A DNA stretch of 32,379 nucleotides from a virus. Lineage: Duplodnaviria > Heunggongvirae > Uroviricota > Caudoviricetes. Of the stretch, positions 1 to 7,985 are shown piece after piece. The notes under the pieces are model-generated. The model ran no database searches. It saw only the letters and a program-made list of their open reading frames with translations, and was not told where the DNA came from. Both the position numbers and the translations under genes were made by a program. How positions within the stretch are numbered: position 1 is the first letter of the stretch; the number at the start of each line of letters is the position of its first letter. The DNA is taken from positions 1-32,379 of the IMG/VR virus record IMGVR_UViG_3300027861_000012. One strand, 5' to 3'.

Positions 1-340
1 CGGCTCGGCCGCCACGACGGGTTCCGGTTCGACTACCGGCTCGGGCTCCACGACGGGTTCCGGTTCGACTACCGGCTCGGGCTCCACGACGGGTTCCGGT
101 TCGACTACCGGCTCGGGCTCCGAAACTGGGTCGGGCTCTGAAACTGGGTCAGGCTCAGCAACGGGTTCCGGCTCCATGACCGGTTCAGGCTCCACGACCG
201 GTTCGGGCTCCACGACCGGTTCCGGTTCGACTACCGGTTCGGGCTCGACTACCGGTTCGGGCTCCACGACGGGTTCCGGTTCGACTACCGGCTCAGGCTC
301 CACGACGGGTTCCGGTTCGACTACCGGCTCGGGCTCCACA
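1..340 (-). repeat. Coding tandem repeat, 18-bp unit with 36-bp higher-order unit, encoding (EPEPVV)n
   Basis: Plus-strand unit ccacgacgggttccggttcgactaccggctcgggct is repeated, with degenerate units ([18 protein letters not shown]) near 120-180. Confidence 0.95.
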
Positions 341-1617
341 CCAAGAGTCCAGAGTTCAAAGCCTGTGACATTATCATTGGCACGGAACAGCAATTGGCCA
401 TTCAAGTTGGTCAACGATGTGACACCTGGGCTGGCTGCGCCATCAATGATCTCCCCGACCAGGGACGTTGTGGTGCCATCAGTGGACCACAATTCCAAAC
501 CCGTGTTACCATTGGTGGCCACAAAATACATCGTATTCCCGAGCACCGTAGCATACGGGGCAGCGGCGAGTCCGTGGCCGTCAAGATTGATGTCTTGTAC
601 CACAGTGGTGCCCTCTGCTGTGCCATCCGAGCGCCAGAGTTCGCCACCGATTTCGGGGTCAAGTGCGCCAAAGTAGAGCACACCATTCATGTCGAGCATG
701 TTGATGCCCGCGATAGCTCCGCTACGAATGGCGCTAACCTTGCTTGTGTTGACCCCATCGGACTTCCAAAGGGCATATTGATCAACGCCATCGTTTGCGC
801 GGAAGAACAGGGTGTCACCGGACACGCAGAAACCGGTAGCCCCACCATGGGCACCGCCTGGATTGAAGTCCACAACCAGTTCGGTACCTACTTCGGTTCC
901 GTCCGTGCGCCATAGTTCAACGCCGTGAGTGCGGTCATCAGCATTGAAGTATAGCCGATCTTGGTAGACCACCATGTCAGTATCGCCAAATCCACCCAGG
1001 ATACCAGGTACAATGTCCTTGAGCAGTTCAACAGATCGACCGCTGGCTTTCCAAATCTCATGGCCAGTCTCTTCAGTGCGAGCACGGAAGAACAGGTCAC
1101 CGTTGAAAGCCGTCAAGCTCCGAATATGCTCCGAAGACTCACGCCCGTCATTGATGTTAAGCATCTCGGTGCCCTCAGCAGTGCCGTCAGTCACCCAGAG
1201 TTCGTAGCCGTTGACGTGATCCGTGCCACGGAAGTACAGAAGGTCACCAGCCACAGCGAGTTCACTGGGGTTGACGTTGTTGATCACCTGCTGTGACACC
1301 GCGCCGTCATACTTCCAGAGCGCCCCTGCGCTGGTGAAGTACAACGTGTCCTGGTAACTGGTGAGACAGCTAGGGGACACAATGGACTGTCCGTTGACCC
1401 GCACAGTGCCCTCTGTTGTGCCGTCCGTTTGGTACAACACTGGGCTAACCCCGTCTGCCTCGCGGGCTGCGAAGTAAGCGAGATCCCCGACAGTAATAAT
1501 GTCGTCGGGTCCCTGGTAAAGAGAGTCACCAGCACCCACATTGATGTCGGCAAGAAGGGTGGGCGATACAGAAAGGAGATTACGGCTCTCCAAGGGCTCG
1601 ATGCGTAAACTTCTCAT
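1..1617 (-). CDS. Exported ELWxxDGT-repeat (beta-propeller-like) protein with Planctomycete LEPR-xLL leader and Glu-Pro-Val stalk; 3' end runs off the window (>539 aa)
   Basis: Hand-translated and open from ATG 1617 to base 1. It is absent from the ORF track, presumably because it has no stop in the window. Starts [16 protein letters not shown], then repeats [64 protein letters not shown], then (EPEPVV)n. Confidence 0.9.
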   Translation of the reverse strand, partial: MRSLRIEPLESRNLLSVSPTLLADINVGAGDSLYQGPDDIITVGDLAYFAAREADGVSPVLYQTDGTTEGTVRVNGQSIVSPSCLTSYQDTLYFTSAGALWKYDGAVSQQVINNVNPSELAVAGDLLYFRGTDHVNGYELWVTDGTAEGTEMLNINDGRESSEHIRSLTAFNGDLFFRARTEETGHEIWKASGRSVELLKDIVPGILGGFGDTDMVVYQDRLYFNADDRTHGVELWRTDGTEVGTELVVDFNPGGAHGGATGFCVSGDTLFFRANDGVDQYALWKSDGVNTSKVSAIRSGAIAGINMLDMNGVLYFGALDPEIGGELWRSDGTAEGTTVVQDINLDGHGLAAAPYATVLGNTMYFVATNGNTGLELWSTDGTTTSLVGEIIDGAASPGVTSLTNLNGQLLFRANDNVTGFELWTLGVEPEPVVEPEPVVEPEPVVEPEPVVEPEPVVEPEPVVEPEPVVEPEPVVEPEPVMEPEPVAEPDPVSEPDPVSEPEPVVEPEPVVEPEPVVEPEPVVEPEPVVEPEPVVAAEP

Positions 1618-1686
1618 AGTTCTGACGTGCCTTTTGTGTAGTAGACGTGCGTGATAGGTAATGAACTATCACAAGCTTAGCACATC

Positions 1687-2217
1687 TCAGGCAGAAGTCA
1701 AACGACAAAGTTCCAGAAGTTCTTCCTTCAGCGCTAAATCAACCGATCCTATGGCTTCTGCCAATAGGCGCGATTCTTCCAGGTACATCCGAATATAGGA
1801 GTTGGGCGGGTCCATTGGCATCTCACGGAGATTGTCAATCCGGTCATACATCTTGATGATCTTCGACTCATTCTCCCCGGCAGCAATCGAATGCCGCATG
1901 ATAGTTTTCCGCTGAGCACGCGGCACATCCTTGAAAGTAGGCCCAATAGCCGGGCATGTCGGATCAGTCAAGTCGATGACCATGTTTGTCACGATTTCAC
2001 CGAAACGATCTTCAAGACCCTGGATAGTCACACCTGTGTCTTCAATGGTGTCATGCAAGAAAGCAGCCGCAACCATCTCCTCGGTTGCGTCAATGTGGAC
2101 AGCTACGCGACCAGCCACACGGGCCGGGTGCGAGATATATTCCACACCCGTGTACTTACGTACCTGACCACGATGGGCTTTACGTGCAAACTGGGCAGCT
2201 TCAAGAATCAGGCTCAT
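1687..2217 (-). CDS. RelA/SpoT-type HD-domain hydrolase (small alarmone hydrolase/MESH1-like)
   Basis: AAQFARKAHRGQVRK, YISHP, AAFLHDTIEDT and KMYDRIDNLR match the (p)ppGpp hydrolase HD motifs. Start refined to MSLILE at 2217. Confidence 0.8.
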   Translation of the reverse strand: MSLILEAAQFARKAHRGQVRKYTGVEYISHPARVAGRVAVHIDATEEMVAAAFLHDTIEDTGVTIQGLEDRFGEIVTNMVIDLTDPTCPAIGPTFKDVPRAQRKTIMRHSIAAGENESKIIKMYDRIDNLREMPMDPPNSYIRMYLEESRLLAEAIGSVDLALKEELLELCRLTSA

Positions 2218-3025
2218 CGTTATCTCCAGTGAAAAGGTCAAACATCCCCGGAACATCCAGGTGGTCTTGTAAAGCGTGGCTGCGGCCTACGGTGGTACTC
2301 AGGTCCCACACCGTACAACTTGTTGCTTGCGTTGGACCATTCAGGCCCATAGCCGGTACGCCTCGTGGTCGAAACATCTGCGGATACAATTGCAAGATTG
2401 GGTCCAGGTGGTTACGTGTCACAGTTGTAGTGGCATGTGTAAGGACACGATCATTTGCACGCCCGCCCTCGAAACTGTGATCATCAATGGCAGCCGCCAG
2501 TAACACTAACCTGCGAATCTGCATGTCCTGGAGTGGGAACTGGCGGCCAGCAATCTCGCCTCCAGCCAGCAATTGAACCGTACCTGTGACAATTCGTGCC
2601 CCAAAGCTATGGCCCACTAAGGTAGTTGGCACATCAGCATCATGCAAATAGGTAGCCAGGTAATAGGCTTGGGTATCACAATGGCGAGCCTTCATTCTGG
2701 CATCATTGCGCGGCCCAGGGATTTTGTCGCTAGGCCATGACCAAATCACAAACTGGAATCGCTCTCGATCCTTGAGTCGCTGGTAGATACCCAATCCTGT
2801 TTGAATGGAGTCCTCACGGCTGGTTCGGTTACCATGGGCGAACACAATCAGAGGGCGTGTGGGGATCACGTCGCTACGTGACACCATCTTCCACTCCCTG
2901 TCATGCACCCAGTACCGCATCTCCGTAGTATCGGTTTGGCGAGTCGGAGCTTCCCGTGTACTAATCAGTACCAAGCGAGCTTGGGCCGACGCCGGGAAAC
3001 ACAACAGCAGCAAGACGTACTTCAT
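2201..3025 (-). CDS. Exported alpha/beta hydrolase (DUF900-like esterase/lipase)
   Basis: Signal-peptide-like MKYVLLLLCFPASAQA, oxyanion region FAHG, WSWPS, nucleophile elbow GHSFG, C-terminal HALQDH. Confidence 0.75.
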   Translation of the reverse strand: MKYVLLLLCFPASAQARLVLISTREAPTRQTDTTEMRYWVHDREWKMVSRSDVIPTRPLIVFAHGNRTSREDSIQTGLGIYQRLKDRERFQFVIWSWPSDKIPGPRNDARMKARHCDTQAYYLATYLHDADVPTTLVGHSFGARIVTGTVQLLAGGEIAGRQFPLQDMQIRRLVLLAAAIDDHSFEGGRANDRVLTHATTTVTRNHLDPILQLYPQMFRPRGVPAMGLNGPTQATSCTVWDLSTTVGRSHALQDHLDVPGMFDLFTGDNDEPDS

Positions 3026-3195
3026 TCTCGATGGCACCACCATGAAAGAATGAATGCACCAAGCGAAACAATAGCGAGCCGATGGACCATAGGAGTTTCA
3101 CCAGCTTCAATGTAAACAAGGGCTCCCCAGCCACCTGCCAGTACAGCAACCAATACCAAGAGTGTGGCCAGTAGGGTACGTATTGTGTCATTCAT
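3022..3195 (-). CDS. Small two-TM membrane protein (57 aa)
   Basis: Hand-translated MNDTIRTLLATLLVLVAVLAGGWGALVY...FILSWWCHRE, with an ATGA overlap onto the next gene. Preferred over track ORF 2961..3191. Confidence 0.65.
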   Translation of the reverse strand: MNDTIRTLLATLLVLVAVLAGGWGALVYIEAGETPMVHRLAIVSLGAFILSWWCHRE

Positions 3196-3258
3196 ACTCG
3201 CCTCGCTCAGCCGCTTTGGCCCACTTGCGAAAACAATTACACAGGGCGGTACCGATTC

Positions 3259-3420
3259 CTAAGACGACCATGACACCCCGGAACGCGCAGCGATATCCCA
3301 GCCACCAGCCATTACTGAAATCGCCGCTACAACCCCCGCAATGCAGGCAATGATAAGACAGATGCCAAACAGAATTTCCCAGATCGCGTTCATGTTAAAC
3401 CCCGCAGGTTCGTTACTCAT
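3259..3420 (-). CDS. Small membrane protein, possibly frameshifted (see findings)
   Basis: MSNEPAGFNMNAIWEILFGICLIIACIAGVVAAISV hydrophobic helix. Confidence 0.5.
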   Translation of the reverse strand: MSNEPAGFNMNAIWEILFGICLIIACIAGVVAAISVMAGGWDIAARSGVSWSS

Positions 3421-3526
3421 CGTCCTTCTCCCCGGCTTTCGCCTTAGCATCTAGTTCACGTTGCTCAATAACACCCATCACCATACACAAGGTGAAGATT
3501 AACAGGATACAAGTTAGCTGTATCAT
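3413..3526 (-). CDS. Small membrane protein (37 aa)
   Basis: AGGAGG RBS, then MIQLTCILLIFTLCMVMGVIEQRELDAKAKAGEKDDE. Fills the gap between neighbours. Confidence 0.6.
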   Translation of the reverse strand: MIQLTCILLIFTLCMVMGVIEQRELDAKAKAGEKDDE

Positions 3527-3527
3527 C

Positions 3528-3914
3528 TCAGCAGCCTCCTTCTTGTTTCACGTCCCTAGTGAGCCAGGCGTTGCGACGTACCGCATCTAGCTCGTCTCGG
3601 GTTTCCTGAAGCTTAACCTTCAAGAACTCCATGTATGCAAAGTCGTGTGCCCGCTCCACACAGAACTCGACCGGCACTTCCTTCAGGTAGAGGTACACAA
3701 AGATAGCCGCAGACTTTCGAGCAACGATCTCGTCATCAAAGCTGCCAAGGTCAATGAAACCATGTTTCCAGACAAGCATCCAGGAATGACCGAAGGGATG
3801 CGGTGATTCGTTCCCATGGCCGTCAGTCACAGCGTCACAATCCTCCACCGCGACATCGTTGTCCTGGAGAACTTGTTCGTACTGCTCATCTAGGTAGAAA
3901 CCCAAATCACTCAT
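3528..3914 (-). CDS. Hypothetical protein
   Basis: 128-aa ORF in the operon. Its start lies inside the direct repeat downstream of rtcB. Confidence 0.75.
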   Translation of the reverse strand: MSDLGFYLDEQYEQVLQDNDVAVEDCDAVTDGHGNESPHPFGHSWMLVWKHGFIDLGSFDDEIVARKSAAIFVYLYLKEVPVEFCVERAHDFAYMEFLKVKLQETRDELDAVRRNAWLTRDVKQEGGC

Positions 3915-3918
3915 CCCT
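3891..3918. repeat. Direct repeat, copy downstream of rtcB (28 bp)
   Basis: taggtagaaacccaaatcactcatccct; identical to 5103..5129 except for one extra A. Confidence 0.95.
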
Positions 3919-5079
3919 TCATCCCTTCACCACTGCGATTGGTTGCAAACGTGTTTTGATGTCCACAAGATCCTGTTGGTTCTGCATCACTACTGTAATG
4001 TCCTTGTAGGCTCCGGGTGCCTCATCCAGATCCTTTTCTCCACGGATACTGTGAAGGATACCTGCCATGCTAGCTTGCTCATCTTCCAATGACAAAACTC
4101 GGCAGGCTTGTTTCCGGCCCATCTTCCGTCCGGCACCATGCGAACACGATTTGAAACTATCCGTGTGGCCCAGCCCCGATGTGATGAACGATGATGTCCC
4201 CTGGCTACCCGGAATGATTCCAATCTCCCCCAGCTTCGCTGACGTTGCACCCTTCCGATGAACCATGACATTCTGCCCAAAGTGATGCTCCATGCGAGCG
4301 TAGTTGTGCGCAATGTTGATGGTGTCAGAAGGTGCCACCAACGTGTCGCTAACTTCCTGCAAGACTTCAAGGACTTGTTCCATCATCTCTAGCCGGTTAT
4401 TCAATGCAAATTCGACACAGTATTCCATCTCGTCAATGTAACATCGACCACTCGGTGAATCCAGCGAGAGAAATGCCAGATCCACTGATGTGGGCACACT
4501 GGAATACCACTCCGCATTCAATTGCTTGGCAACCTTGTTGTAGTGGTCGGCGACCTTGTAGCCCAGGTTGCGTGATCCAGAGTGGATCATCACCCACAGG
4601 TCCCCCTCCTCTACATCCAGTTGAAGTTCGATGAAGTGATTGCCGCCACCGAGGGTGCCTAGCGACTTGCGAGCATTGAAATACTCCCTGTCAACAACCG
4701 GCATGTGCCGACCATTCATGTTTGGCATCAAGGTTTCTGGCCGTGCGGCTCGGTGCTTGTCGAAGCCAACGGGAATCCGCTTGCGTATCAAACCGAGAAT
4801 CTTTTTGAGTGTCCACTCGTCGGGGCGTTTCAGTTCCGTTTGTACGGCACACATTCCGCAACCGATATCGACGCCAACAGCATTAGGGACTACGACACCA
4901 CTGGTTGCCATAACACCGCCGATTGGCATCCCGTAGCCCATGTGGGCGTCCGGCATGAGGGCAATATGGCGAAAGGCAAATGGCAGGTTAGCAAGATTAT
5001 GTGCCTGCGTGAGCGCAACATCTTCAAGGTCCCCGAGCCACATCTTGATTGGCAGTTTTTGTGACGTGTCGATTTTCAT
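3919..5079 (-). CDS. rtcB: RtcB family RNA 3'-phosphate/5'-OH ligase
   Basis: MPDAHMGYGMPIGG, VGVDIGCGM, GTLGGGNHFIE, IHSGSRNLG, IAHNY, HRKGAT, PGSQGT, SCSHGAGR, DEAPGAYK. Start refined to MKIDTS with GGGGA RBS. Confidence 0.97.
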   Translation of the reverse strand: MKIDTSQKLPIKMWLGDLEDVALTQAHNLANLPFAFRHIALMPDAHMGYGMPIGGVMATSGVVVPNAVGVDIGCGMCAVQTELKRPDEWTLKKILGLIRKRIPVGFDKHRAARPETLMPNMNGRHMPVVDREYFNARKSLGTLGGGNHFIELQLDVEEGDLWVMIHSGSRNLGYKVADHYNKVAKQLNAEWYSSVPTSVDLAFLSLDSPSGRCYIDEMEYCVEFALNNRLEMMEQVLEVLQEVSDTLVAPSDTINIAHNYARMEHHFGQNVMVHRKGATSAKLGEIGIIPGSQGTSSFITSGLGHTDSFKSCSHGAGRKMGRKQACRVLSLEDEQASMAGILHSIRGEKDLDEAPGAYKDITVVMQNQQDLVDIKTRLQPIAVVKG

Positions 5080-5102
5080 GCGATCCCCATGGATTAACGG
5101 AA

Positions 5103-5129
5103 TAGGTAGAAACCCAATCACTCATCCCT
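5103..5129. repeat. Direct repeat, copy upstream of rtcB (27 bp)
   Basis: taggtagaaacccaatcactcatccct. Confidence 0.95.
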
Positions 5130-5355
5130 GCATCTCTCTGCTGTAGGTTTTGATCTTCTCGTCGGTGTCCGGGTCAAGCATAAATTGGAGTACCAAACGA
5201 TTCAGGATTACATCACAACTGAGACATATTGGTCGCCAGAGTCCACCGTCAGCGCAGGCCGCCCACTGTTGGGATGCTGGCTTCCCGCAGCGAACGCACT
5301 TCATTCGCTTGATCCCAATCTCAGTGTAGGGTTCTGTGCGGCCAGCCCTATCCAT
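5122..5355 (-). CDS. Small Cys-rich, putative zinc-binding protein
   Basis: CVRC...CA...CLSC; likely start MDRAG. Confidence 0.65.
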   Translation of the reverse strand: MDRAGRTEPYTEIGIKRMKCVRCGKPASQQWAACADGGLWRPICLSCDVILNRLVLQFMLDPDTDEKIKTYSREMQG

Positions 5356-5548
5356 CCAACATCTCCCGTATGACGATGTCAACAAAGTCGGTGTTGATCA
5401 AACCCGTCATAGCAAATTCAGTCAATGCATCGTCTGGGATTGATATCTCCCGCCCGTAATGCATCCAAGTGACTTCCTCAATCGGAACTGCATTGATTCG
5501 ATGCCGCTCTTTGATGGCAGCAAATACCTCTTCTACATTGATGATCAT
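5348..5548 (-). CDS. Hypothetical protein
   Basis: 66-aa ORF with overlapping junctions on both sides. Confidence 0.65.
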   Translation of the reverse strand: MIINVEEVFAAIKERHRINAVPIEEVTWMHYGREISIPDDALTEFAMTGLINTDFVDIVIREMLDG

Positions 5549-6198
5549 CGAATCTGCTTCCCCTGAATTAGTCCGAGAGCCTTGGCTTGGCGGATCAACT
5601 TGATCACGATCTGGGCATCATCCACCGCCTTATGCGGAACCGGGCCAGGGATACCAGCACGCTCCATGCACGTATCCATGCTTGGAAGCCGGTTGCCATC
5701 GTCTTCGGGTCGCCAGTAGTACATCACCGGATCAATGGCACGATGCCGAAAGATCACCTTGTTCTCTTTCAGACTGGGGAACCGCTTCAGGAATTGCATA
5801 TCAAATGACGAAAAGTTCTTCCCAGCCGCTGTCTGATGATCACGAAGATCCATACCGTTATCTGTCAAGAAGGCTGCCAACGGCCTCCCGATAGCATCTG
5901 GATGAACGATAGGTACGTACTCCTCGAAGCCCATCTCCAGAGCTTCTTCTTCGTTCTTGGGTCGCATGGCCAGGTACCTGAAGATTTGGCTGTTCAACCA
6001 CAAGGCGTAGGGTTGACCATAGAAGAACGGCACCCCGTCGTTCTCGTCTTCGGAGTCAACATAGCATCGCCATGTGGGAAGCTCTTCAACAGGCGTCTCC
6101 CAATCTGCGATCACGACTCCGATTTCGAGCACCTGGCAATACTTGTCATTCAGCCCGGTGGTTTCCAAATCAATACTCAGGTAACGATGTTCTTTCAT
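5545..6198 (-). CDS. DEDDh 3'-5' exonuclease (oligoribonuclease/DnaQ-like)
   Basis: IDLETTGL (ExoI), GKNFSSFD (ExoII), HKAVDDA (ExoIII). Confidence 0.88.
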   Translation of the reverse strand: MKEHRYLSIDLETTGLNDKYCQVLEIGVVIADWETPVEELPTWRCYVDSEDENDGVPFFYGQPYALWLNSQIFRYLAMRPKNEEEALEMGFEEYVPIVHPDAIGRPLAAFLTDNGMDLRDHQTAAGKNFSSFDMQFLKRFPSLKENKVIFRHRAIDPVMYYWRPEDDGNRLPSMDTCMERAGIPGPVPHKAVDDAQIVIKLIRQAKALGLIQGKQIR

Positions 6199-6584
6199 GG
6201 CTTGATAACTCCCTTGTAACGGTCAATGGCAATTCGTAAAGCGGTCGTCGCATCTTCGACTCTTCGGCTGGAAATATCAGGATCTCCACCACGGACACCC
6301 AGCGTAACGGCACCATGATGTACCTCTGCGGCCCGCCATTCAAAGGCGGCTTCCATCAGTGGGTCAAGACCATCCTCGCTCACGTTGCAACCACATTCCT
6401 TCACCTGGTCCCATAGCAGCGGTACCCCTTCGACATCATCCCAGTCATTGATACCCAGAAACTCACAGTATCCGCTTTCCTGCTCGGGCCGCGTAGGATC
6501 ATAGCCCCAATAGGGACACAGATGATCCTCGGCTTTGTTGTAGCAGTAAATCCCGCTTGGTATCCTGGCAGCTTTGTTACCCAT
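6195..6584 (-). CDS. Hypothetical protein, Cys-rich N-terminal domain plus short helical C-terminal domain
   Basis: GIYCY..CPYW..GYCEFL..LLWDQVKECGCN; the C-terminus resembles the neighbouring ORF. Confidence 0.7.
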   Translation of the reverse strand: MGNKAARIPSGIYCYNKAEDHLCPYWGYDPTRPEQESGYCEFLGINDWDDVEGVPLLWDQVKECGCNVSEDGLDPLMEAAFEWRAAEVHHGAVTLGVRGGDPDISSRRVEDATTALRIAIDRYKGVIKP

Positions 6585-6787
6585 TATGCCGGGTCCTTTC
6601 GGTATGTGTCAATGGCTGCACGTAAATTCTCCAAACAGTCTGTCCGTTGTTTGTCGGCCACCCCGATAGCCGGGAAACTCACGCGATTCAGTCCATTGAG
6701 AAGATTGAGTTCGGCTTCCCGCCACAATACAGCAGCCTCAATAAGGTCAGAAGGGATTTTGGTAATGGCCATACCATTAGTCCTCAT
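6584..6787 (-). CDS. Hypothetical protein
   Basis: 67-aa ORF; LIEAAVLWREAE...LRAAIDTYR. Confidence 0.65.
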   Translation of the reverse strand: MRTNGMAITKIPSDLIEAAVLWREAELNLLNGLNRVSFPAIGVADKQRTDCLENLRAAIDTYRKDPA

Positions 6788-7202
6788 TCAACAGGGTGAT
6801 CTCTTCTAGGTAATCAGGCATCTTACACTCGTTCGCTTTGAACCATCGCATACAGACACGCCGCTCAATGTACCCGATGCCAAGTTCTTTGAGCAATGCA
6901 ACAGGGACGGAGACCGCCTCGGTGCCAACGAATCGCCCGTCTAGGTACACAACGAATTCGTCTTCGCCAACGTTGACCACAGTGATGCGCTTAGTTGGTT
7001 TCCGAAGCACCAGCTTCGGAAACTTCCAGCAAGTATACCGACACGCTGTGGCTCCGATGTCGCTCAAACGATTCAGAAGTGAAACCAGTACGCGGCTGCC
7101 CACATACAGGCCACCCGCAAAGAACACCATGAACCCCAGCAACAAACAAATCTGCGGGAAGATGTCAACAAAGGTTGTCCAGGTCAGGTAATCAAGGGTC
7201 AT
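6777..7202 (-). CDS. Hypothetical membrane protein
   Basis: N-terminal TM helix ICLLLGFMVFFAGGLYVG. Confidence 0.7.
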   Translation of the reverse strand: MTLDYLTWTTFVDIFPQICLLLGFMVFFAGGLYVGSRVLVSLLNRLSDIGATACRYTCWKFPKLVLRKPTKRITVVNVGEDEFVVYLDGRFVGTEAVSVPVALLKELGIGYIERRVCMRWFKANECKMPDYLEEITLLNED

Positions 7203-7531
7203 GATAGCATTCCTTCCAGTTCTTGTTTGAATTCTTCGACAGACGGAGCCTCGGCGGCTTGGATGTTCAAGACCAGCTTGCCATTGCTAAGGTAGAACAC
7301 GTCTGCCCGATAGTACCGTACCAGCAAGCTTTCTTCTAGGTCATTCTTCATACACACCAGGAGTTTGGCCCAGTAAGCATCGAAGTCAGCATACTCTGCC
7401 TCGGATGGGGCGACCATGATCCACAGTTGCTCTGGGGCCAATTGAGGGTCGATTGGTTCAGTGAGCTTCTCGATATTGCAGGCGGCTACGGAAGCATCCA
7501 GCAACGGGGTGTATACGGTTGTGTCAATCAT
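7199..7531 (-). CDS. Hypothetical protein
   Basis: 110-aa acidic ORF with ATGA overlap. Confidence 0.65.
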   Translation of the reverse strand: MIDTTVYTPLLDASVAACNIEKLTEPIDPQLAPEQLWIMVAPSEAEYADFDAYWAKLLVCMKNDLEESLLVRYYRADVFYLSNGKLVLNIQAAEAPSVEEFKQELEGMLS

Positions 7532-7691
7532 CAGCTTCCTCGATTGTTTCCATGATCAGTTTGTTGATGAAGGCATGATAGGCGGGGCGATCCTCAAATG
7601 GGGTCATCTTGAACGGAGGATAGTCGTCCCGATTACCATAGGCCCCATCGATCTTCCGTCGCAAAGCTTCCAGTGTCTCTTTGTTTGTCAT
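7524..7691 (-). CDS. Hypothetical protein (55 aa)
   Basis: Hand-translated MTNKETLEALRRKIDGAYG...IMETIEEADD; fills the gap between neighbours. Confidence 0.6.
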   Translation of the reverse strand: MTNKETLEALRRKIDGAYGNRDDYPPFKMTPFEDRPAYHAFINKLIMETIEEADD

Positions 7692-7700
7692 AGCGGTTCC

Positions 7701-7985
7701 TTATTCAAACGACTTCGGTGTTGGTACATCGTAATGGTCGCCAATAGACAACCCGTAGGCTGCCCGAAACGCCCCAATCAGTGTAAGGTGGTGCCCACAT
7801 TGTTCCCACAACACCGGGGCTGGTTCCCCACAGTCATCGCATGTTTCTCGTTCGTCCGGCTCGACATGGATAAAGCACGCCCAGTGACCACGTAGCCCAG
7901 CCTGGTGGTGCCCGGTGGCAAACTCGTAGCCACAGGCAACCCTGTTCTGGATCAACTCAAATATCGTGGGCTTTGTGTCACTCAT
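7701..7985 (-). CDS. Hypothetical protein with CxxC
   Basis: Likely start MSDTKP; ETCDDCGE. Confidence 0.65.
   Translation of the reverse strand: MSDTKPTIFELIQNRVACGYEFATGHHQAGLRGHWACFIHVEPDERETCDDCGEPAPVLWEQCGHHLTLIGAFRAAYGLSIGDHYDVPTPKSFE

Noticed and set aside
1-340. Regular repeats resembling a CRISPR array
   Set aside because: The units abut with no unique spacers and encode an in-frame EPEPVV tract; there are no cas genes.
176-1296. Plus-strand ORFs such as 176..676 (TGSGST repeats), 394..915 and 961..1296
   Set aside because: They are antisense shadows of the motif-rich minus-strand ORF <1..1617. The same applies to the other plus-strand ORFs in the track, none of which shows a recognisable motif.
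1684-2243. Possible direct repeat around the HD gene (atctc...gtcaaac at about 1684 and 2222)
   Set aside because: Only short, gapped similarity, compatible with chance, unlike the rtcB repeat.
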